DNA of 64,000 bases, from positions 629,061-693,060 of the forward strand of contig ML996695.1 of assembly GCA_010356995.1 (NCBI GenBank), given 5' to 3'. Shown piece after piece: positions 1 to 11,878 of the stretch (its first letter is position 1; every line of letters begins with the position of its first letter). Source of the DNA: Trichodelitschia bisporula (lineage: Eukaryota). The notes under the pieces were generated by a model, which saw only the letters and a program-made list of their open reading frames with translations, had not been told where the DNA came from and made no database searches. Both the position numbers and the translations under genes were made by a program.

Positions 1-2
1 TC

Positions 3-296
<294 letters not shown>

Positions 297-430
297 ATAC
301 CGGCATGGGACACAAAAGTAGTCTGGCTGGGGTGATATCACGAGGCTAGACAATGTGATCTGACTCTAATGAACTGATGCATCGCAAGTCCACGATATCC
401 CCGAGCTCGACAATACGATCTGCCTCTTAA

Positions 431-3428
431 TCACATATCCACCATATCTCCCAGCATAATCCTCTGCCACTTCTCCACTACCTCATGACACCTCACCACC
501 ACCGCAGCCGCTAACATCCTCACCCGCTCCCCCTCCTCATCCCCTCCGGCCCTCCCCTCCAACACCCCCTTAGCCCACTCCTGCGTCTCCAGCAACTCCC
601 TCGCATGCTCCCGCGCCAACCTCTCCTTATCCTCATTAACCTCCAGCAACGTCAGGAAGGCGAACAACAGCCCCTCCAAAACCCCGACATCACCGCTACT
701 CACCGCTGGCCCCCGCACCGACAGGAGCAGCTCCCACATCTCGCGCGTCATCTCCGGCAACATAACCGTGCTCGGGCCGGAGGCATGGATTAGCAGCGCC
801 AGCGTGCGCAGGTAGGCGGGCAGCAGGTGCGGGGAGAAATACATCGACGCCGTGCCATGGGCCTGCACATTCGCCCACCACCCGCCCGTAAGCGGGAAAA
901 AGAAATCGCGCGCCACGACGCGGGCCAGCGCGTTGGGAATCGGCTTCTTGCGCTTCTTCTCCACTTCCATGCGGCTGCTGAAGGTGCGCACTTTCAGCAC
1001 GTTCGGGCCGGACATTTGATCTGCGGCGTTGAGGGCGAGGGGCTCGACCATGAGCTTCTCTAATTTGGCAGTCACGCGGTCGACCGGCTTGCTGTCGCTG
1101 TATAACTTCTCCAGATGCGCCGGGAGACGCTTGCTCGGGAACGCCGGCGCTGCAGGCGCGCCCTCCTCCTTATCCGTAAAGCCGGCGAGTTCGCGCGCGC
1201 CCAGGCCCAGCGCTGCGAGGATGGCGTTGCGCTGCTGGAGACTGTAATCGCCGCCGAAGAACGAGCGCACGAGGTACGGGCCCACGATATCCGGCAGCGC
1301 CACGACGAGGGCTACCAGAGCCGCCTGGCGCAGCTTGGCGAAATCGGGGAGGTCGAAGACGTCGTGCAGGCCGACGAGGAGGCTGGTGAGCTCTTCGGCG
1401 TGATCGCTGATTTCCTTGCCGAAGCCGGTTTTGCGCCGGATGAGGGGGGCGGCGGTGGAGAGGGAGAGGTAGTGCCGGTCGTAGGATTCGGAGTCGCGGA
1501 GGCCGGCGAGCAAGTCCCGGATATATACTAGAGCGCGGGGCTTGTTGCGTTGGATCATGGTGGGGTCGTCGTCTGAGTCTTCGGGGTCGGAATCGGGCTT
1601 GTCGTACGGCACCAGATCGTCGTCTGAGTCTTCATCGACTATCTCGATGATTCTCGGCCCCGTAATCTGAGTACTTGATTTCGGCTGTTTGGACTGCTGT
1701 TTGGGCGCTACCGGTGGAGCGCGCTTCTTGGGGGTCACTTTTGGGACAGTGGGCTCAACACGAGCTTTTCGGATGTTGTCGATGCTTCCCGGCTTGTCGT
1801 CCACTTGAGCCAGTGCCTGGTACCACTCTGCCTCGGGCGTCTCCAAGGACTCGTCTGTGAACACCAGCCTGGCATCCGGCTTGTCGACCATTTCGGATAT
1901 TTTCATCGCGACAATCATCCCGAGCCAGCGCGCCCGAGGAGATCCAGCCGACAGCCGATTCGAGACTCCATGGGTGTGCATGCTCGACTTCACCAACGTA
2001 AACAGAAACATGGGGTTTCTGCGGTGGATGTAGCCGGCTGAGAGGAGCAGGATCTGAGCAGTGGCTTGGAAGCATTAGTCTTGGGCTATGAATTGCTCAG
2101 CTGAAGTACCTTCTTGCTCGATAATTGGAGTGTGCTTAATGAAGAGCTGGTCGCCAAAGCGCTCAAGTGACTTCTCTAGAACGGTCTCCATCCTGTCTTC
2201 TCAAGGTCAGCGATGCTTATCGAAATCAGAGAGGGCGGTCTGACCTGAGTCATCACGTAGAGCTGTAAGTGCAGCGCGTTGTAGGCCAACGGACTGGGTC
2301 GTGGCAGGGGGCACCAACTGCGTAAGGCAAGCCACAAGGGCGTCGAGAAGAGTCGCGTCGTCGGAAATGATACCGCGGAGTAGTGCAGCCGAGCCGGTGA
2401 CGTCCCAAGGAGTTGTCTTCAGCACATCGGTCTCACGAGGCTGGATCCCCAGATGATGTAATGCCAGAGCACTCAAAACGAGTCGCAGCACCGAGCGCTG
2501 ATCGTACACCGGAATGCTTCCGATCATTTTCCCGAACTTGGGCAGCAAGGAATCCGCCTTGAGTGGCAGAGCTTGCAGTAATTCTTCAATAATCACGCCT
2601 GCTTTGGGTCAGCAAGGACCAGTAGGAACAACGAAGCTGCTAACCAGAATACCCCAACGACAGTGACTTGCGAAACATCTGACCCAGAGCCATCCATAGC
2701 TCCGCGTCATCGGAGCTCGCTTCATCCGCCACCGCGGCGAGGCTGGCAGCGAGCCACTTCGCATAGGCAGAGCCACTCGCCAGCCAGGTATCAGCAGTGC
2801 GCTGCCCCGATTTCTGCAAAATAGCATCCGCTTCAGCAACCGTCGACACTATACGGCCAGACGCCACAAGCGAGACAAACTCTCTCCACAAGATGGGTTG
2901 CTGGGTCTTCCCGGCGCCGGCAACGGTCTTCCAGACATCCCCAACGAAGCTCTCGGGCCGCAGCAGCTCGTCAAGAAGCGAGATGAGACTCTGAGCTTGC
3001 GAAAACCCACGGCCCTCATCCTCTTTACCGAGCGACTTGTGCGCTGTAATGAGCACCTTGAGCCGCGCGACCAGCGCACCCAGCCCGGACACGCTGTCAA
3101 AGCAGGCGACGAGCGCCGTACGCGTGCTCTTCAGACTGTCATCGCTTTCCAGCAGCGCCCAGAAGTCGGGTACCGTTTTACTGGCGAGCACGTGCAGGAT
3201 CTGCGCGGCGAGCGCGCCGGGCTGCTTGAGGTTGAAAACATCGTTGCTTTGGCGCTGCAGGAATTTAAGGGCTTTTCGCACGGTGTCAATGTCCGGAGAT
3301 TCGCGAAGGACGGTTAGCACGTCCCGCGGTGAAGCGACAGTAGATGCCTGGGTAACGGGGATCTTTGCGGGAGTTGAGGATTTTGATAGGAGCCTGGTCG
3401 TTTGGACTGGCCTTAGAAAGTCGTCCAT
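431..3428 (-). CDS. TEL2: Telomere length regulation protein Tel2 (TTT complex), 4 exons
   Basis: ORFs 2640-3428, 2207-2596, a short exon at about 2110-2197 (RMETVLEKSLERFGDQLFIKHTPIIEQE) and 431-2011 join through GT-AG introns. Motifs include DDDLVPYDKPDSDPEDSDDDP (DSDD-type CK2/PIH1 site), VYIRDLL, YSLQQR and VRTFSSRMEVEK. Confidence 0.9.
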
Positions 3429-3724
3429 TATGTGGGTTTGAAATGCACGCCGATAGCCTCACAAGAAACTGGCCGGTAGAATCCGGGTTAAGCGGGGAAG
3501 CCTCGCGCAAACGGGCATGAATTATCCGCCCTGTGTTGAGGATCCGACAAAAATGTATATATCTTCAGTCCGTAAGATGCAACTGGCTGCGTCAAGAAGC
3601 GACGTTCAGATCCCGGGACGTTCGAGGTGCACGGACCACCTAGGCTCACTATTCGAACCTCATGCTCGACATCAACCGCAACATTTCCACTTTACACGTT
3701 TTCTGTAGTTTTTAGGGGTTCTAG

Positions 3725-5295
3725 ATGGCGGATACAGCGATGCCGGACAGCTCGCCCCCCCTCGGTGCCGCTGATCCGCGAACTCGATGGTAATAACGGA
3801 GTCCAGTTCCCTCCCCGCATGAGCATCGGTTGACCTCGATAGGAGGTATCTGGACAACATATTGACCCGAAAGGGCCCATTCGTAGACGAAGATGCTATC
3901 CTCGGCGAACCGATTATTGACCGGTTATCTACCATGAAAGTGCTGTGAGTTATTGTGTCCGATCATGCTGGAGATCCGGTACCTGACAAAGCGATAGTGT
4001 CATGTGAGTTTACTCAAATACCGCGATATCGTCATTCTAAGACGTCTTCAGTGGTGCAGGAGGTTTAGGATGCGAGATACTGAAGAATCTGGCTCTGTCC
4101 GGCTTCAAAGACATCCATGTGATAGACATGGGCAAGTGGACACCCTTTCCCCCTCCCTTTGGCCTCTAACCCCCCTCTCCAGACACCATCGACGTCTCAA
4201 ACCTAAACCGCCAATTCCTCTTCCGCCACGTCGACGTCGGCCGCTCCAAAGCCGCCGTCGCAGCGGAATTCGTCCAAAAGCGCGTCAAAGGCGTAACCAT
4301 AACCCCCTACTGCGGCAAAATCCAAGACAAAGACGACGAGTACTACATGCAATTCGGGCTCGTGGTCTGCGGCCTCGACAGCATTGAAGCGCGCCGCTGG
4401 ATCAACGCCACGCTCGTCGGCATGGTGGACGGCGAGAACATGGATTCCATGAAGCCGCTTATCGACGGCGGGACCGAGGGGTTCAAGGGCCAGGCCCGTG
4501 TTGTGCTGCCGACTATGACGAGCTGCATCGAGTGTCAGCTCGACATGCACGCGCCGCGCCCCGCCGTCCCGCTGTGCACGCTTGCGACCATACCCCGGCA
4601 GCCGCAGCACTGCATCGAGTGGGCACACATAATCGCATGGGAAGAAGAACGCAAAGACGACACCCTCGACACCGACGACCCTGAGCACATAACCTGGCTA
4701 TACCAAAAAGCGCTCTCCCGAGCGACCGAATACGGCATCCACGGCGTGACCTACGCGATGACACAAGGCGTAGTCAAGAACATCATCCCAGCGATAGCGT
4801 CGACAAACGCCATCGTCGCGGCGGCGTGCTGCAATGAGGCGTTTAAGTTGGCGACGAGCACGAATCCGTGTCTCGGGTTTCCGGAGCAGAATAATTATAT
4901 GATGTATAGCGGGGATAGTGGCGTGTATACGTACACGTTTGAGCATATGAAGAAGGAGGATTGTCCCGTCTGCGGCGATTTGCCGAAGACGCTTCACCTT
5001 TATCCGAATTCTACGTTGCAGGAGCTGCTCGATAGCTTTGCCGAGCGGCCGGAGGCGTAAGTCTGCCCGTCTTTCAAGCATCTCAACTGCTGACAACGCT
5101 AGGCAACTCAAGAAGCCGACAATCCGCACGCAGAGCACGTCGCTGTACTACCAGTCGCCCGCCAGCCTGGAGGAGAAGACGCGCCCGAATCTGGTGAAGA
5201 AACTCTCAGAGCTTGTGGGCGACGGCGAGGAGTTGGCGGTCACGGATCCGGCGTTCCAGGTCACCTTCAGATTCAAGGTCGCGTTCAAGAAGTAG
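3725..5295 (+). CDS. UBA3: NEDD8-activating enzyme E1 catalytic subunit, 6 exons
   Basis: The spliced product reads [46 protein letters not shown] ... [13 protein letters not shown] ... [16 protein letters not shown] (catalytic Cys), followed by a C-terminal E2-binding region. Introns: 3790-3842, 3945-3997, 4004-4051, 4132-4182 (GC-AG) and about 5057-5102. Confidence 0.95.
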
Positions 5296-5519
5296 ATCGG
5301 AGTCTGAGGGATGGGGAGAGCGATTTGGGCAGGTATGGCGTGGATAAGCACTTGGAGGAGCGAGGCCCAGCATTCAGTATCAATGAACAGTCTTCTCCGA
5401 TGCGATCATCACACAGACACGCACAATAATCCATCCAAGGAGCGTCCATTCCTGTACTACTAACTACATCCTCCCATTACACTCTCCCCTTCCCCCTCAC
5501 AACCTCATCCATCAACCCT

Positions 5520-6479
5520 CTACTCCTCATCATCATCCTCCTCACTCCCATACCCACCACCATAGTAGTTCTCATACCAATCCTCCCACGCACCAGCATT
5601 ACCAGCACCCCCAACCCCCCCAAACCCAGGCTTCGGCACAGCCGTCCCCTTCGGCTGCGCCGGCAGCTTAGGCACACCAGTCGGGCGCGGCGCACTCGTC
5701 GGGCGGGGCGCCAACTGGGTCGGGCGGGGCGCCAACTGGGTCGGGCGGGGCGCAAGCTGCGTCGGGCGAGGAGGCAGCTGCTTCGGCGCAGACGGCGTCG
5801 GGGGCGTCGGCGCAGCCGGCTTCGGCGGCGGAGGAGGCGGGATGTTCACCCACGGGCTGGTCGCGGGCTTGGGCGCGGCGGGAGGTGCGGCGGGCGCGGG
5901 GGGCGCGGCAGGCTTGGGCGGCGCAACAGGCGGCTTAGGCACGCCACCGTCGCTCCAGAGCGGCTGGCCGGGGGAGGTGACCGGCTTCGGGGGCGCGGGA
6001 GGCGTAGGGGGCGTAGCCGGCTGGGCGGGCTTCGGAGCCGGGGCCGGGGCGACGACGGGCGCGGCGGTGTGTGCGGGCGCGGGAGGAGCAGCGGGCGCGG
6101 GAGGTGCGGCGGGCGCGGGAGGAGCAGCGGGCTTCGGGGTCGCGATGAAAGGGGGCGCGACGGGTGCGGTGGGGACTGCGGGCGCAGGAGGAGCAGCGGG
6201 CTTCGGGGTCGCAACGACAGGGGGCGCGGCGGGCTTGGGGCTCAAGGCCGGGGGCGCGGGAGGAGCGGCCGGCTTCGGGATCAAGGCCGGGGGCGCGGCA
6301 GCGGCGGTCGGCTTGGGGACCGAGGCGGCGGCGAGGGTGGGGGGCACGACACCGGCGGGGTGGGTGTGGGCGGCGGCGACCGTGGTGGTGTTGGCGTAGT
6401 GGCCCTGCTGGTAGGGGAGGGCGAGGGCGGCGGCCGACGCGGCCAGGACGGCCAAAGCGAGTGACTGGGTGAGGTACAT
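5520..6479 (-). CDS. Secreted Pro/Ala-rich (extensin-like) protein with acidic Tyr/Trp-rich tail
   Basis: Single-exon ORF starting at ATG 6479. It has a signal peptide-like MYLTQSLALAVLAASAAALALP, an NTT sequon, many PKPAAPPAP repeats and the C-terminus WEDWYENYYGGGYGSEEDDDEE. A TATA-like ATATATA lies about 85 nt upstream. Confidence 0.75.
   Translation of the reverse strand: MYLTQSLALAVLAASAAALALPYQQGHYANTTTVAAAHTHPAGVVPPTLAAASVPKPTAAAAPPALIPKPAAPPAPPALSPKPAAPPVVATPKPAAPPAPAVPTAPVAPPFIATPKPAAPPAPAAPPAPAAPPAPAHTAAPVVAPAPAPKPAQPATPPTPPAPPKPVTSPGQPLWSDGGVPKPPVAPPKPAAPPAPAAPPAAPKPATSPWVNIPPPPPPKPAAPTPPTPSAPKQLPPRPTQLAPRPTQLAPRPTQLAPRPTSAPRPTGVPKLPAQPKGTAVPKPGFGGVGGAGNAGAWEDWYENYYGGGYGSEEDDDEE
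5698..5771. repeat. 21-nt coding tandem repeat (about 3.5 copies), encoding PRPTQLA on the minus strand
   Basis: gtcgggcggggcgccaactgg occurs twice exactly, followed by a degenerate third copy and a partial fourth. Confidence 0.9.
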
Positions 6480-8142
6480 GAGGGGCACAAAAACGAAGGA
6501 CTGGACGGTGGTGGGGTGGTATGACGTGAGGACAGAATTTCGGGGGGGCGGGACCGCCGAGTATATATGCTTCCAGAGTGGGCAAGGGCGAGGGCTAGCT
6601 CTACGCTGCTATAGTGGATTTTGCGGCGCATATGGCGCGAGGCCGGTGGAGCAATTGCTGCCAAGTGCTCGGGTGCATGTATCACGGCCACTCGGCTGCG
6701 AGGACGGGCGCTGGCAAGGTTTACGCTAATTGCGCGGGTGAGGGGTTTAGATGGGAGCCGATAGACGGTAGCCGAAGCTTTTGGCGGACGCTCGTTGCCC
6801 AGACCTGCGGGGAGGCGAGGAGCCGAGTATGCAGCCAATATACGGATGGATGGCAGTTTGCGGATTGAGGCGAGCAGCAATTGAATCAGCATAGTACTCA
6901 ATGGGGGGGATCTTCACGCCAGAATGCTCAAAGTAGTCGTGATAGTCTGCAGCCAGTCGGATCAAGAATGCCAATCGCTCTCCATATAATTGGCTGTAGG
7001 TCTTCCCGAAGCATCTTCGCTGCCGGACATATTGGGTTGTCAGGTATAAGGCCGGAGAGCAGATCTGGGAAGCCTGGACGTGAGGACTGACTCGAAGAGG
7101 GAGAATCCCATGGCTGGGGCCCGACCGGGAGTGAGCAAAGAAAATATACGCTTGGGGACGGTTCAGGTACCCGTGCTTCGCGTCCCACGGGCCGGTCGGT
7201 CGGCTGTGCAGCAGTCAACTCATCAGTCAAGGAGTAGGGTGGGGGGGTGGAAGACAGTTCTCCCTTGGATGTAGGTTTTGGGTCGGGCGTTCATCCACAG
7301 CAGCTTCACCGTCAATCTGGAGGCGAAAGCAGATGGTAGAGGGCCATATTGTAGATTGGGGTATATGAGGCATATAGATGGCGGTGTCGTCGTCAGCGCC
7401 GTGCCGCCCGTACCCATTTCTGAAAACTCCATCAATCAAGGAGAAGCACAACATCGGGACGTGAGTGGACGGCTTATCGCTTGGTGTCTACGCGAGACTG
7501 AGGCCTGCTTGAAGCTGCTGGCACAGAAGAAAAACGATTTTACGTAGGGGATGGAGATCTACGTTGGTGTTGAGTGTTGCTGAATGGGTATACCGAAGAA
7601 TGGTTGTTGAAGTGACGTGCAGCTGGAAGAGGCAGCAAGAGTGATGAGGAAGAGAGAGTCACGGGGAAGGCCGGATGCGATGCTAGGCTGTAAGCGGCTT
7701 AGCTGCCAATCAACATGGCACAATATTGCGTGCTACCGGGGTGTCCAATGGAAGGCTTTCATTCGCTGCGTCCGTCTAGTATGATGTGCCTGCAAGGCTG
7801 GTGTGGGGGAAATGAGTGACATGAAGCTTGAGAGGGAGCCTTGCTGACTGTAAATGCTACTTCTTCGATGATGGTGATGCTGTTCTACCTCAATCATGTC
7901 GTTTCTAGTCGTCTTCAAAGAGTTCCTGCCATGAAAGATGCAATCTCCAATCAGGGCCCACAGACGTGCATGTCTTGGAGACCGGGCCAGCCCTCGCCGA
8001 GCGCGGAACTTGGTCATGGGCATTCGCCAGCCCTTCCGATCCCGCATAGCGAAGCAGAGTACGGCAGTCGCAACACCAAGCAACAGCAGATCGCGAGCAC
8101 TCTGTATGCCCCTCCAAGAACAGATGCTGCGAATATTCCATC

Positions 8143-9010
8143 ATGGAAAAGCCACGCCAGGCGCGTCTCGACGCCATTCTTCATCATTCCCCACCACCAC
8201 ATACGAGTACACAAGCCATTGAGCTCAACAACCTCCTCCCTGCTCATCTGGGCCACAAATTGACGCGACTCCGAAGCCTGTCGGAGATCTCAACGGCGGT
8301 AGACACAAGCTCGGCGGCGAGTTACAAGTTGAGGAAGCAGACGCCCCCGAAATGGACTGATTGGTTTCCGAGTATGTGGCACCAGCACGTCAGTCTCAAG
8401 GTACCAGTCGAAAGCCGACGGGATCATTTAGGTTAGTTTTTTGCCTCTGCGGATATTGCCTGTATTGGGTGGGTTATTGGGGTTTGCTCGCAATATCTTT
8501 GCCCACATATTGTAGCCCTTAACGGGATGCCCTTGTAGTCACTGCTTGTAGGGTTGGCTAGGTTGCTTCGGCCCGCTAAAGTGCTAACTGTTGTGGCTTG
8601 GATAGCCCTCGAACGGACCTTTCTCTCGTACCTGCGTACCTCCCTCGCCCTGTCCATAACGGGGGTTACCATAGCCCAGCTCTTCCGTCTTCAGCATGCT
8701 CCGCACCCGGACAAGCATTTCGGCTTCTTCGTCGTTGGCACTCCGCTCGCCGCATGCTTCATCGCAGGAGCGATCATCACCGTCACCGCCGGAGCCATTC
8801 GCTTCTGGAGACAACAACGAGCAATGGCACAGGGGAAAGTGTTTGCTGGAGGATGGGAGATGGTGCTCATCATGGTACTGAGCATACTTGTGAGTCTACC
8901 TGTCCCCCTTTTTTCTTTAACACCTAGACGCTCGACTGACGGGGCTACCCTAGTTGTCCACTGCCGCCTTCGTCGTCGTCGTTGGGATCGATATAAAGAA
9001 GGAAATATGA
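8143..9010 (+). CDS. DUF202 (YidH/VTC-like) membrane protein, 3 exons
   Basis: Splicing 8432-8605 gives RRDHLALERTFLSYLRTSLALSITGV (DUF202 signature), followed by further TM helices. A second intron at about 8890-8953 gives LSTAAFVVVVGIDIKKEI*. The start codon is uncertain. Confidence 0.85.
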
Positions 9011-9928
9011 GAATATAGTCGCCCGTCAAGTCCAGTCGAGCAGATACTCCTATCTCTCTTCCGGCGTAATTTCGAGCCAGTGCTTGTTGAAGCTCGTTGG
9101 CGCTGGGACCGTGGGTGGGAGGGGGGGGGGTACTCTGTGTTTTTCGAGATGCCGGTGACATGTGGCGTCTGAAGCGGACGCGGGCGCGGAGTGCATTCAG
9201 CGTGCATGGGATAGGGCTGAAGGGTGTTGTTTCTAGACGATATGCGAATGTCTGCGCCGGTCAACCAGCTCGCTAATGTAGTCGTTAATCCTGTGTTTTG
9301 ATAAACGAAGTCCCTTCCCGAGAGATACGTATCTAGTAGATGCACAGAGGAGCTCTCCATACGGTACTTGCAGATAGCAGAAAGCAACGGAACGGCAATG
9401 CGGCAAAGGGGATTTGTTGTGCTGGTGATGCAAATCCGCCCGAATATCCCGCACCGGCATCGGCTCGGCATGGCAAAGGCGAGGGTGGCTAGCTTGGCTG
9501 CATACGCCACCACCACCAGGCGAAAAAGATCGTGGCCGCCTCTCTCCGCAAAGATGTTAGGGCCAGGCAGCCACAACTTTTTCTGGTGGCCCTTGGCCAC
9601 TGAACCCCCTCCCAAGCTTGCTCAGCTGGTGTCTGCCCGCCGCTCGTGATGATGATGCCCACTCCGCCATACCATCACAAATCACACGCCCCACATCCTT
9701 TTGCGGCGGAGACGAACCTCATCGCCACTCGATTATGCACCACCTGCACCGCTAGATGATGCTTGTGCGCTAGGCATCTCCACCGGGCCTCAGTTTCGCA
9801 TCGTCTTTCTCTCATCTCCCACCACTTCCAATTTTCGTAAATCCCCGCCCTCCACTTATCAGTACCTCCACGCGACGACTCCCAGGCCCCTTGACATCAC
9901 CACTTTGATTACCCCCACCAGGCCCACG

Positions 9929-11573
9929 ATGGGTCTCTCTAAGACCCGTAGGATCCAAATCCTGCTGGTCATCGATGTACTCTTCTTCCTCATCGAGATC
10001 ACCGTCGGTATGCTTGCCGCTACTAGCCCAGTATCTCGCACTAACGTCCACAGGCTATGCAGTGCACTCCCTCGCCCTCGTAGCCGACTCCTTCCACATG
10101 CTCAATGACGTGATATCGCTGTGCGTCGGGCTCTGGGCCGTCAAAGTCGCACACTCAAAAGCGCAATCCAACTCCTTCACTTACGGGTGGCAACGCGCCG
10201 AAACCCTCGGCGCGCTGGTTAACGGCGTCTTCCTTGTCGCCCTCTGCCTCTCCATCTTCCTGGAAGCCGTCCAGCGCTTCTTCGAGCCACAAGACGTCTC
10301 GCACCCCAAGCTCGTCCTCATCGTCGGATGCTTTGGGCTCGCATCCAACATTCTCGGCCTGTTCCTGTTCCACGACCATGGCCACGGCCACTCCCACGGC
10401 TCCCCGGCCAAAGATAAGCACAGCGCGGCGGAGGAGGGCCACGCCCACCCTGATAGCGCAGCCGGCATCGCCGATGAGAGCGGCAACATTGTGGACGTGC
10501 TCCCTCAGAGCCGTGTAGCGGGCTGGTCGTCGACTAAGGCACCGCCTCGGAAGCGCGGGTCGGCCGAGCATTCCCGCACGAATTCGAACAGCACGCGCGG
10601 CCTCTCGATTCCGCACCGGCGGCAGAAGAGCCGCAGCCGCTCCCGTACTTACTCCTCCCTCGACGAGATCCACGTGCACCCCGCCTCGTTCCGGAATGAC
10701 ATCATTGCCGCAAGCAGGCTGGAGACGCTCGACTCCGACTCAGCAAGCAATACCGAGGCCGAGGCTGAGGTCGACTCGATTGAGAACGGGGTGGCTGGTG
10801 ATGGGGAACCGGCTTCAGAGCACACGACCCTGTTGCCCAAGGACGACGGCAAGCCCAACGACGCGCACCGCGAGCACCGGCACGCGAAGCCCAAGGACAA
10901 ATCGGCGCACGGACATTCGCACGGTGACCTGAACATGCGCGGCGTGTTCCTGCACGTCATGGGCGACGCGCTGGGCAACATAGGCGTCATCGTCTCGGCG
11001 CTCTTCATCTGGAAGACAACCTACAGCTGGCGGTCATACGCCGACCCGGTCGTCTCCCTCGTCATCACGATTATTATCCTCTGCTCCGCGCTGCCGCTCT
11101 GTAAAGCTGCCTCGCGCATCCTGCTCCAGGCTGTGCCTGCCGGCCTCAACATCGCAGACATCAAGGCTGATATTGCTGCTCTGCCTGGTGTTGTTGCTGC
11201 CCACCACCTGCACGTCTGGCAGCTCAGCGACACGAAGCTCATCGCCAGTCTGCACGTGCGCGTCGCCTTCGAATTCGAGGGCGAGGGATCGCGGCAGTAC
11301 ATGCGCCTTGCAAAGAAGATAAGGGAGTGCCTGCACGAGTATGGGATCCACTCAAGTACCATCCAGCCTGAGTTTTGCTCAGACCCGGACCATGCGCATA
11401 AGCTTGTCTCTAGCTCGAATGAGAGCACGCAGTGCGGGGACGGGGCACAGGATGTGGAAGGACAGGATGGTGCGTGTATGCTTGATTGTGGGGATGAGTG
11501 TGGTGATGGGGGGATGTGTTGTGCACCAGAGAATAGTGAGGGGGGTGGGCCGGAGTCGGGGACTATGGCGTGA
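9929..11573 (+). CDS. ZRC1: CDF-family vacuolar zinc/cadmium transporter (Zrc1/Cot1-like)
   Basis: MGLSKTRRIQILLVIDVLFFLIEITVG, one intron, then SLALVADSFHMLND, TYGWQRAETLGALVNG, His-rich loops, NMRGVFLHVMGDALGN, HHLHVWQL and GIHSSTIQPE. Confidence 0.93.
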
Positions 11574-11878
11574 ACACGTTGCGTTACATAGCTTGTTATC
11601 GGCGTTCATAACCTGGTTCTGGCTTGACCAGGCGGCATTCTGTTTGTACTATGGGACGGTGCTTAGATCTGCGTCATACCAGTTGTATAGGGTATCGTAT
11701 TTTCTTGACTGGATAGCGGATCAGAAGGCAATGCATATTCAATCGCTAGTTTCCAAGACCCCATGCGCCGCTCAGCAGCGTTCATATCCCGTACCACATG
11801 CCCATACTGTAGCCATCATCCATATCCCCAATGCCTGCCCCAACGCCGTCCAACCATGGATATCATTCATGTCCAACC

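Noticed and set aside
7190..7226. Hammerhead-like CTGATGAG on the minus strand
   Set aside because: No GAAA follows the candidate stem II, and there are no stems I/III.
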